A DNA stretch of 64,000 nt. Source: the human T2T-CHM13v2.0 reference genome, Homo sapiens. Both the position numbers and the translations under genes were made by a program. Below are positions 52,095-64,000 of this stretch, piece after piece (the first letter of the stretch is position 1; every line of letters begins with the position of its first letter). Under the pieces are notes generated by a model. It did not search any database, had not been told where the DNA came from, and saw only the letters and a program-made list of their open reading frames with translations. The stretch is taken from the NCBI RefSeq assembly GCF_009914755.1, contig NC_060946.1. The stretch is one strand, 5' to 3'.

Positions 52095-54285
52095 TCGAAG
52101 ATTCCATTTGATGATGATTCCATTTGATTCCATTCGATGATTCCGTTTGATTCCATTTGATGATGAGTCATTCGATTCAATTCCATGATGATTCCATTTG
52201 ATTCAATTCGATGATGTTTCCATTTGATTCCATTCTATGATGATTCCTTTGGATTCCATTAGACGATGACTCCATTCGAATCCATTTGATGATGATTCCA
52301 TTCGATTTCATTCAATGCTACTATTTGATTCCATTTGATGATGATTCCATCTCATTCCCTTCAATGATTCCATTCAGTGATGATTCCATTCTATTCCATC
52401 TGATGAGGATTTCATTTGATTCCATTTGATGATGATTCCGTCTCATTCCCTTCAATGATTCCATTCAGTGATGATTCCATTCTATTCCATCTGATGAGGA
52501 TTTCATTTGATTCCATTCGATGATGATTCCATTTGAGTCCATTCGATGATTCTATTCGATTCCACTCGATGATGATTCTATTTGAGTCCATTGGATGATT
52601 CCATTCGAGTCCATTCAATTATTCCTTTCAATTCCACTTGATGATTGTTCCATTCAATTCCATTAGATGATTCCATTCCATTCCATTCGATGATGATTCC
52701 ATTCGAGTCCATGTGATGATTCCATTCGATTCTATTAGATGATAATTTCATTCAAGGCCATTCGATGATTGCATTCGAGTCCATTCGATGATTCCATTCG
52801 AGTCCATTTGATAATTCCATTCGATTCCATTTAATGATGATTCAATTTGAGGCCATTCGACGTTTCCATTCGAGTCCATTCAGTGATTCCCTGTGATTAC
52901 AACCGATGAGGACTCCATTCGAGTCCATTCGATGATTCCATTAGGTTCCATTCGATGATGATTCCATTCGAGTCCATTCAAAGGTTCCTTTCGAGTCTGT
53001 TCAATGATTCCATTCGATTCCACTTGATGATGATTCCTTTCGAGTCCATTCGATGATTCCTTTCGAGTGCCTTCAATGATTCCATTCAATTCCATTCGAT
53101 GATGATTCCATTCGAATCCATTCAGTGATTCCATTCTGTTGCATTTGATGATTCCATTCGGTTTCATTCGATGATGATTCCATTCGATTCCATTCGAAGA
53201 TTCCATTCAATGATGATTCCATTCAATTCCATTCAATGATTCCATTCGATTCCATTTGATGATGAGCCATTTGATTCAATTCCATGATGATTCCATTTGA
53301 TTCAATTCGATGATGTTTCCATTCGATTCCATTCGATGATGATTCTTTTGGATTCCATTAGATGATGATTCCATTCTACTCCATTTGATGATGATTCCAT
53401 TCGAGTCCGTTCGATGATGATTCCTTTCGATTTCATTCGATGCTTCTATTTGATTCCATTCGATGATGATTCCATCTCCTTCCCTTCAATGATTCCATTC
53501 GATTCCATTCAGTGATGATTCCATTCTATTCCATCTGATGAGAATTTCATTTGATTCCATTCGATGATGATTCCATTCGAGTCCATTCGATGATTCTATT
53601 CGATTCCACTCGATGATGATTCTATTTGAGTCCATTCGATGATTCCCTTCGAGTCCATTCAATTATTCCTTTCAATTCCACTTGATGACAATTCCATGCG
53701 ATTCCATTAAATGATTCCATTCCATTCCATTCGAAGATGATTCCATTCGAGTCGATGTGATGATTCCATTCGATTCTATTCGATGATAATTTCATTCGAG
53801 GCCATTCGGTGATTGCATTTAAGTCCATTTGATGATTTCATTCGTTTCCACTCGATGATGATTGCTTTCGAGTCCATTCGATGATTCCATTTGAGTCCAT
53901 TCGATAATTCCATTCGATTCCATTTAATGATGATTCAATTTGAGGCCATTCGATGTTTCCATTCGAGTCCATTCAGTGATTCCCTGTGATTACAATCAAT
54001 GAGGACTCCATTCGAGTCCATTCGATGATTCCATTAGTTTCCATTCAATGATGATTTCATTCGAGTCCATTCAAAGATTCCTTTTGAGTCCGTTCGATGA
54101 TTCCATTCGATTCCACTTGATGATGATTCCTTTCGAGTCCATTCAATGATTCCTTTCGAGTGCCTTCAATGATTCCATTCAATTCCATTCGATGATGATT
54201 CCATTCGAATCCTTTCAGTGATTCCATTCTGTTGCATTCAATGATACCATTTGGTTTCATACGACGATGATTCCATTCAAGTCCA
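52095..54285 (+). repeat. ~1.09-kb diverged tandem duplication within HSat2
   Basis: TCCCTGTGATTACA occurs at ~52889 and ~53981, GAGTGCCTTCAATG at 53066 and 54158, and ATTCTGTTGCATT at 53133 and 54226. Confidence 0.85.
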
Positions 54286-57200
54286 TTTGATTATTCCATT
54301 TGATTCCATTCGAGGACGATTCCATTCGAGTCCATTCGATGATTCCATTCGATTCCATTCCATGGTGATTCCATTAGATTCAATTCGATGATGATTCCAT
54401 TCTATTCCTTTTGATGATGATTCCACTCGAGTCCATTCAATGATTCCTTTTGATTCCATTCGATGGTGATTCCATTCGATTCCATTTGATGATTCCATTC
54501 GATTCCATTTGATGATGATTCCATTCGGGTCCATTCGATTATTCCATTCAAGTACATTCAATGATTCCACTGGATTCCATTCGATGATTATTCTATTGGA
54601 GTCCATTCGGTGATTCCTTTAGATTTAACTTGCAGATGACTCCTTTCAATTCCATTCCATGATGCCATTCGATTCAATTCGTTGGTGATTCCATTCGATT
54701 TCATTTGATGATTCCATTCGATTCAATTTGATGATGATTCCATTCGATTCCTTTTGATGATTCCATATGATTCAATTCGATGATGTTTCCATTCATGTCC
54801 ATTTGATGATTCCATTCTTTTCCATTCAATGATGATTCCATTAGAGACCATTCGATCATTCTGTTAGAGTCCGTTCGATGATGATTCCATTCGGGTCCAT
54901 TCAATGATTCCATTTGAGCCCATTCAAGAATTCCATTAGAATCCATTCAATTATTGCTTTCAATTCCGTTCCATGATGATTCCATTCGAGTGAATTCGAT
55001 GATTCCATTCGAGTGAATTCGATGATGATTCCATTCTTGTCCATTCGGTGATTCCACTCAATTTCATTTGATGATGATTCCTTTCTAGTCCATTCAATGA
55101 TTCCATTTGATTCCATTCGATGATGATTCCGTTGGAGTGCATTCAATGATTCCCTTTGATTCCATTCGATGATGATTCCATTCGACTCCATTCAGTGATT
55201 CCATTTGATTCCATTCAATGATTATTCCATTCGAGTCCATTCTACGATTACATTCGATTCCATTTGATGACGATTCCACTTGAGTCCATTCGAAGATTCC
55301 ATTCGAGTCCCTTCATTGATTCCATCTGATTCCATTTGATGATGATTCCATGTGAGTCCATTCGTTGATTCCATTCGATTCCATTTGATGATTCCACTGG
55401 AGTCCATTCAATTATTCCATTCAAGTCCATTTGATGATTCCATTCAATTCCATTCGATGATAATTCAATTCGAGTCCATTCAATGATGATTTCATTCGAT
55501 TCCATTCGATGATTCTGCTCAATTCCATTCTATGATTCCCTTTGACTCCTTTTGTTGATGATTCCATTCCATTCCATTCAATGATTCCATTCGATTTTAT
55601 TCCATGATGATTCCTTTTGATTCCATTCGATGATGATTCATTCGATTCCAATCGATGATGATTCCATCAGATTCCATTCGATGACGACTGCATTCGGTTC
55701 CATTCGATGATGATTCCAACGGATTCCATTCGATTTCTCCATTTGATTCATTTCATTGATGATTCCATTAGATTCCATTAGATGATGATGCCATTAGATT
55801 CCCTTCGATGATGATGATTCCATTCCATTCCATTTGATGACAATTCCATTCGATTCCATTCGATGATTCCACTTGATTCCATTCGATGATGATTCCATTC
55901 GTGTCCATTCAATGATTCCGTTCGATTCCGTCCGATGATGATTCCATTCAAGTCCATTCAATGATTCCATTGAAGTCCATTTGATGATTCCTTTCAATTC
56001 CATTCGATGATGATTCCATTCGAGTCAATTCGAAGATTCCATTCGATTCCATTTGATGATGATTCCATTCGTGTCCATTCAATGATTCCATTTGATTTCA
56101 TTCGATGATGATTTCATTGAATTGCATTCAATGATTCCATTCTATTCCATTCGATGATGATTCCATTCGAGTCCATTTGATGATTCCATTGGGTTCAATT
56201 CGATGATGATTAAATTGGACTCCATTCGATTTCTCCATTCGATTGCATTCGTTGATGATTCCATTCGATTCCATTCAATTTCATTCAATGATTCTATTCA
56301 ATTCCATTCGATGATGATTCATTTCTATTACATTGGATGATTCTAATCAATTCCATTCGATGATGATTCCATTAGATTCCATTCGATGATGATTCCATTC
56401 AATTGCATTCAATGATGATTCCATTCGAGTGCATTCGAAGATTCCATTTGATGCCATTCGATGATGATTCCATTCGAGTCTATTTGATGATTCCTTTCAA
56501 TTCCATTCAATTTTTCCCTTAGATTCCATTCATTGATGATTCTATTTGATGCCATTCGATGATTACATTCGATTTCATTTGATGATGATTCCATTCGAGT
56601 CCACTCAATGATTCCATTCGATTCCATTCGATGATGATTCCATTTGATTCCATTCAATGATGATTCCATTCGATTCCATTGGATGATGATTCCATTCGAT
56701 TTCATTCGATGATTCCATTCGATTCCAATCAATGATGATTCAATTCTACTCCATTGGATGATTCCATTCCATTCCTTTTGATGATGATTCCATTCAATTC
56801 CCTTCAATGATGATTCCATTCGACTGCATTCAATGATGATTTCAATTGAGTCCATTCGAAGATTCCATTCGATTCCATTCGGTGATTATTCCATTTGAGT
56901 CCATTCGATGATTCCATTCCATTCCATTCGATGATGATTCCATTCGATTCCCTTCAATGATTCCTTTCGATTCCATTTGATGATGATTCCATTCAGGTCC
57001 ATTCGATGATTCCATTAGATTGCATTTGATGATGATTCCATTCGAGTCCATTCGATGATTCCATTCGATTCCATTCGATAATGATTCCACTCGAGTCCAT
57101 TCTGTAATTCCATTTGGTTCCATTCGATTAATCCCTTAGATTCCATTCACTGATGATTCAATTCGATGCCAATCAATGGTTCCATCTGATTCCATAGAAT

Positions 57201-60200
57201 GATGTTTCCATTCGAGTCCATTCGATGATACCATTCGATTCCACTCAATGATGATTTCATTCATGTCCATTCGATGTTTCCATTCGATTCCATTCGATGA
57301 TGATTCCATTCGAGTCCATTCAATGATTCCTTTCTATTCCATGCGATGATGATTCAATTCGAAACCTTTCGATGATTCCATTCAATTCCGTTCAATGACT
57401 CTGTTCCATCCCATTCGATGATTCCCTTCGATTCCATTCGATGATCATTCCATTCAATTCTGTGATCCCTTTGGATTCCATTCTATGTTGATTCCATTCG
57501 ATTCCACTCCATGATGATTCCATTCGTTTCCATGTGCTAATGATTCCATTAGATTCCATTCGAGGATTCCATGCAATTCCACTTGTTGAAGATTCTATTT
57601 GATTCCATTCAATGATTATTCCATTCGATTCCATTCGATGATGATTCCATTCGTTTCCATTCGATGATGATTCCATTCAATTTTTTTCGGTGATTCTATT
57701 TAATTCTGTTTGATGATGATTCCATTCTATTCCATTCGATGATTCCATTCAATTCCATTATATTATGATTCTATTTGAATCCATTTGATGATGATTCCTT
57801 TTGATTCCATTCAATGATGATTCCATTCATGTCCATTCGATGATTCCACTCAATTCCATTCAATGATGATTCCATACGTGTCTGTTAGATCAATCCATTT
57901 GATTCCATTGGATGATGATTCCATTCGATGCCATTCCATGATTCCATTCAATTTCATTTGATGATGATTCCATTCGATTCCATTCGATGATTCCATTTGA
58001 TGATGATTTCAGTCAATGCCATCCGATGATTCCATTCAATTCCATTCGATGATGATTCCATTCGAGTCCATTCAATGATTGCATTTGATTCCATTCGATG
58101 ATGATTGCATTCGAGTCCATTCGATGATTCCATTTGATTTCATTCAATGATGATTCCATTCGATGACATTCGATGATTCCATTCGATTCCATTCAATGAT
58201 GATTTCGTTCGTGTTCATTCGATCATTCCATTTGATTCCATTTGATGATGATTCCATTTGATTCCATTTGATGATGATTCCATTCGGTTACATTTGATTA
58301 TGATTCCATTGGATTCCATTCAATAATTCCAATTGATTCCATTCATTGATGATTCCGTTCGATTACATTTGATGATGGTTCCATTCAATTCCATTCATTG
58401 ATGATTCCATTAGATTCCAATCGATGATGATTCCATTCGACCCCACTAGATGATGATTCCATTCAATTTCATTCGATGATTCTACTCGTTTCCATTCGAT
58501 GATGATTCCATTCTATTCCATTGGATGATTCCATTCGATGCCATTCGATGATTACATTCGATTCCATTTGATGATTCCATTCGATTCCATTCAACGATGA
58601 TACAATTCGATTCCATTCAATGATGATTCCATTCTTGTACATTTGATGATTCCATCTGATTGCATTCGATGATGATTACATTCAAGTACATTAGATGATT
58701 ACATTTGATTTCATTTGATGATGATTCCATTAGATGCCATTCGATGATTCCATTCGATTCCATTCATAGATGATTCCATTCGAAGATTCCATTTGATTCC
58801 ATTCGATGATGATTCCATTCGACTTCATTCAATGATTACCTTTGATTTCATTGGATGATGATTCCATTCGAGTCCATTCAATGATTCCATAAGATTCCAT
58901 TCGATGATGATTCCATTCGATTCCATTCGATGATTCCATTCGAGTCCATTTGATGATTCCATTTAAGTACATTCGATGACACCATTCGATTTCATTCAAT
59001 GGTGATTCCAATCGAGTCCATTCGATGATGATTCCATTCGAGTTCATTCAATGATTCCATTCGATGTCATTTGTTGATGATTCCATTGTATTCCATTCGA
59101 TGATTCCATTCGATTCCATTTGTTGATAATTCCATTCGATTCCATTCGATGATGATTCTATTCCATTCCCTTCGTTGATGATTCCATTAGATTCCATTCG
59201 ATGATGATTCCATTTGACTCCATTCGATGATGATTCCATTCGATTTCATTCTATGATTCCATTTGATACCATGAGATGATGATGCTGATCAATTCCATTC
59301 AGTGATGCCATTCGATTCCATTTGATGATTCCATTCCATTCCATTCGATAATGATTCCATTCAAGTTCATTCAATGATTCCATTCAAGCCCATTCGATAA
59401 TTCCATTTGAGTCCAATTGATGATTCCATTCGTTTCCATTCAATGATTCCATTCGAGACCATTCGATCATTCCATTTGAATAAATTGGTTGATGATTCCA
59501 ATTCGATTCCATTAGATGATGATTATATTAGATAAAATTTGATGATGATTCCATTCGATTCCATTCGAAGACGATTACATTAGATTCCAATCAATGATGA
59601 TTCCATTCGATTCCATTCGATGATTACATTCTATTTCATTAGATGATAATTCCATTCGAGTCCATTCGATGATTGCGTTCGATTCCATTCGATGATGACT
59701 GCATTCAGTTCCATTCAATGATGATTCCAGCGGATTCCATTTGATGACTCCATTCGATTCCATTCATTGATGATTCCATTAGATTCCATTAGATGATAAT
59801 GCCACTAGATTACTTTCGATGATGTTTCCATTAGATTCAATTTGATGATGATTTCATTCGATTCCATTCGATGATGATTCCATTTTCTCCATTCGATCAT
59901 GATTCCATTTGATGACTCCATTCGACTCCATTCGATAATGATTCATTCTTGTCCATTTCATGATTCCATTTGATTCTATTTGATGATGATTCTATTCGAT
60001 GCAATTCGATGATTCCTTTCAATTCCATTCAATGATGATTCTATTCGATTCCATTCAATGATTCCATTTGAAACCATTCGATGATGATTCCATTGGAGTC
60101 CATTCGATCATTCAATTCCATTCCATTTGATGATGATTCCATTCGAGTCCCTTCAATGATGGTTCCATTCGATTCCATTCAATGATTCCATTTGAATAGA

Positions 60201-63200
60201 TTTGATGATGATTCCATTGGATTCCATTCGATGATTCCATTCGTTTGCATTTGATGATGATTCCATTTGAGCCCATTCAATGATTCCTTTCTATTCTATT
60301 CGAAGATGATTCCATTTGAGTCCATTTAATGGTGATTCCATTAGATTAAATTTGATGATTACAATTCGTTCCTTTAGATGATGATTTCACTCGATTCCAT
60401 TTGATGATGATTTCATCCGATTCCATTCGATGATGATTCCATTTGATTCCATTTGATGATGATTCCATTCGATTCCATTCGATGATGACTCTGTTCGGTT
60501 ACATTTGATGATGAATCCATTCGATTCCTTTCAATGATGATTCCATTAGATTCGATTCGATGATGATTACCTTCGATTCCATTCGATGATGATGCCATTT
60601 GATTCCATTCAATGACGATTCCATTTGATTTCAATAGATGATTCTATTTGATTCCATTTGATGATGATTCCATTCTCTTCCATTCGATGATTCCATTCAA
60701 TTCCATTCGATGATGATTCTATTCAATTCCTTTTGATGATGATTACATTTGATTCCTTTTGGTGATGATTCCATTTGTGTTCATTCGATGTTTCCATTGG
60801 ATTCCATTTGATGATGGTTCCATTCGAGTCCGTTAGATGATTCCATTAGTTTCCATTCGATGATGATTCCATTCGGAGCCATTCGATTATTACATTTTAT
60901 TTCATTTGATGATGATTCCATTGATTTCGTTTGATGATTCGATTCCATTCCATTCGATGATGATTCCATTCGAGTCCATTTGATTCCATTCAATTCCATT
61001 AGATGATGACTCCGTTCAAGTCCATTCGAAGATTCAATGCAATTTCTTTCGATTAAGATTACATTCGATTCTATTTGATGATTCCATTTGATTCTATTTG
61101 ATGATGATTCCATTCAAGTCCATTCGATGATTCCATTCAATTCTATTTGATGATGATTCCATTTTTGTCCATTAGATGATTCCATTCGATTTTGTTCGAT
61201 GATGATTCCATTCGATTGCATTCGATGATTCCATCACTTCCTTTCTGTGATGATTAAATTAGAGTCCATTCGACACTTCCATTCGAGTCCATTTGATGAT
61301 TCCATTCGAGTCCAATTTTTCATTCCATTCAATTCCATTCGATGATGATTCCGTATGATTCCATTTGATGATGATTCCTTGTGATTCCATTCAATGATGA
61401 TTCCATTTGAGTCCATTCGATTATTCCTTTCAATTCCATTCGATGATGATTCCATTCGATTCCATTTATTGGTGATTCCATTCATTTCCATTCATTGATT
61501 CCATTCCATTCCATTCAACAATGATTCCACTCGATTCCACTCGAGGATTCCACTCGATTAAAGTTGACGATGATTCCATTCATTTCTATTTGATGATTAT
61601 GTTTGATTCTACTCGATGATGATTCCATTGGATTCCATTCGATGATGATTGCGTTTGATTCCATGAGATGATTCCATTCGATTCCATTTGATGATGATTC
61701 CATTCGATTCCATTTGATGATTCCATTGGATTCCATTTGGGGATTCCACTCGATTCCATTCGATGATGATACCATTCTAGTCCATTCAATGATTCCATTC
61801 GAGTCTATTGGATGATTCCATTCGATTCCATTCAATGATGATTCCATTAGAGTCCATTCGATGATTCCATTCAATTCCGTTCAATTCCATATGATGATGA
61901 TTCCATTAGAGTTCATTCGATGATTCCATTTGATTCCATTTGATGATGTTTCCATTCAAGTCAATTATATGATTCCATTAGAGTCCATTCGATGATTCCA
62001 TTTGATTCCATTCAATTCCATTCGATGATGATTCCTTAAGAGTCCATTTGATGATTCCATTCGATTCCATTCGATGATGTTTCCATGCGAGTCCATTCAA
62101 TGATTTCATTTGAGTGCATTCGACGATTCTGTTCGATTCTATTCAATGATGATTCCATTCGAGTCCCTTCGTTGATTCCATTCAATTCCATTATATGATG
62201 ACTGAATTCGGTTTCATTCGATGACGATTCCAATGGATTCCATTTGATTTCTCCATTCGATTCCATTCCTTGCTGATACCATTCGATTTCATTAGATGAT
62301 GACTCCATTAGATTCCATTCGATGATGATTTCTTTAGATTACATTCAATGACGATTCCATTCGATTCTATTCAATGATTAATTCTGTTCAATTCAATTCG
62401 ATGATTCCATTCGATTCCATTAATGATGATTCCCTTTGATTCCTGTCAATAAGGAGTCCATTCACTTCCATTCGATGTTTCCATTCGATTCCATTCGATG
62501 ATGATTCCATTCATGTCCGTTAGATCATTCCATTCAAATCCATTTGATGATTCCATTCCATTCCATTCGATGATGATTCCAATCAAGTCTATTCGATGAT
62601 TCCACTTGATTCCATTCAATGATGGTTCCATTCGTGTCCATTCGATAATTCAATAGGATTTCATTCGATGATGACTACAATCAATTCTATTCGATGATTC
62701 CATTAGATTCCATTTGATGATGATTCCATTTGAGTCCATTCGATGATTCCATTCAATTCTATTCGATGATGATTCCATTCGAGTCATTCGATGGTTCCAT
62801 TCAAATACATTCGATGATGATTCCATTCCATTCCACTCGATGATTCCATTCTATTCCATTCGATGACGATTCCTTTTGAGTCCATTCGATGATTCCATTT
62901 GATTTCATTCGATGATTATTCCATTTCAGTCCATTTGGTGATTCCATTCAAATGCATTTGATTGTTTTCGATTTTATTCAATGATGATTCCATTCGAGTC
63001 CATTCAATGATTCCTTTTGATTCCATTCTATGATGATTCCATTCGTGTCCATTAGATGATTACATTTGATTCCATTTGATGATTATTCCATTTGATTCCA
63101 TTCGATGATTCCATTTGATTCCATTTTCCAATGGTTATATATGAGTCCATTCGATGATTCCACTCGATTCTATACGATGATTATTCCATTTGATTCCATT

Positions 63201-64000
63201 TGATGATTCCATTCTATTCCATTTGATGATGATTCCATTCGTGTACAATAGATGATTCCATTTGATTGCATTCGATGATGATTCTATTCCTGTCCATTCG
63301 ATGATTCCATTTAATTCCATTCCATGATGATTCCATTCTATTCCATTCAATGATGATTCCATTCGGATCTATTTGATGATTCCATTGGATTCCATTTGAT
63401 GCTGATTCCATTCTATTCCATTCAATGATGATTCCATTCGGGTCCATTCAATGATTCTATTCGATTCCATTTGATAATTCCATTCAATTCCATTTGATGA
63501 TGATTCCATTCACGACCATTCGATGATTCCATTCAATTCATTCGAAGATGATTCCATTCAATTCCATTCGATGATTCCATTAGATCCCATTTGATGATGA
63601 TTCCATTCGATTCCATTTGATGATGATTAAATGCAATTCCATTCGTTGATGGTTGCATTTGAATCCATTCAGTGATTGCAATCGAATCCATTCGATAATT
63701 CCTTTCGATTCCCTTCAAAGTTGATTCCATTCGAGTCCATTCCATAATTCCATTCAATTCCATTCTCTGATGATTCCATTCGAGTCCACTCGATGATTTC
63801 ATTCAATTCCAGTCAAAGATGATTCCATTCGATTCCATTCCATGATGATTGCATTCGATTCCATTTGATGATTCCCTTCTATTCCATTCAAAGTTGATTC
63901 CATTCGAGTCCATTCAATAATTCCATTCGATTCCTTTCTCCGATGATTCCATTTGAGTCCATTCGATGATTCAATTCAATTCCAGTTGATGATGATTCCA

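Larger units (their letters stand above)
11129..64000 (+). repeat. Human satellite II (HSat2/HSATII) array, diverged, continuing past the window
   Basis: Degenerate CATTC pentamers arranged as TTCCATTCGATTCCATTCGATGA(TGA) units of 23 and 26 bp, with abundant TCGA and CpG-decay variants (TTTGAT, TTCAAT). The CATTC strand is + throughout. The GATGAT spacers distinguish it from HSat3. Confidence 0.96.

Noticed and set aside
11197-63802. Hundreds of minus-strand ORFs (MESNGIIEWNRMESSSNG...) resembling a repeat-protein family
   Set aside because: They are direct translations of (GGAAT/CATCAT)n. They overlap in all three frames, are short, and arise because the GAATG strand is ATG-rich and stop-poor while the + strand is full of TGA.
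3842-64000. CRISPR-like repeat-spacer array
   Set aside because: There are no constant repeats separated by unique spacers and no cas genes. The periodicities are those of alpha satellite and HSat2.
11129-64000. HSat3 assignment or heat-shock (HSF1) satellite III locus
   Set aside because: Long pure (CATTC)n runs are absent, and the regular GATGAT spacers and CATTCGATTC units indicate HSat2.

Overview
This is human/great-ape pericentromeric heterochromatin, not microbial DNA. It has three blocks. (1) 1-3841: the 5' 3.8 kb of a 5'-complete LINE-1 on the minus strand (L1PA2 or late L1PA3-like, 907-nt 5' UTR). ORF1 and ORF2 are inactivated, but the YY1 site and the antisense ORF0 are intact. 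(2) 3842-11107: about 42 alpha-satellite monomers. A mixed A/B-box domain (SF5/R1R2-like) carrying two intact CENP-B boxes gives way to a box-less SF4/M1-like domain with dimeric alternation. (3) 11129-64000: about 53 kb of diverged human satellite II (CATTCGATTC/GATGAT) in one orientation, built from reshuffled paralogous modules and recent short tandem duplications. The hundreds of MESNGIIEWN-type ORFs are satellite artefacts. I see no convincing new gene system. The best leads are structural: an L1 antisense promoter/ORF0 unit pointing into the satellites, fold-back hairpins at the alpha/HSat2 junction and inside HSat2, and a three-monomer block copied between alpha-satellite layers. All comparisons were made by eye and consensus sequences are recalled from memory.
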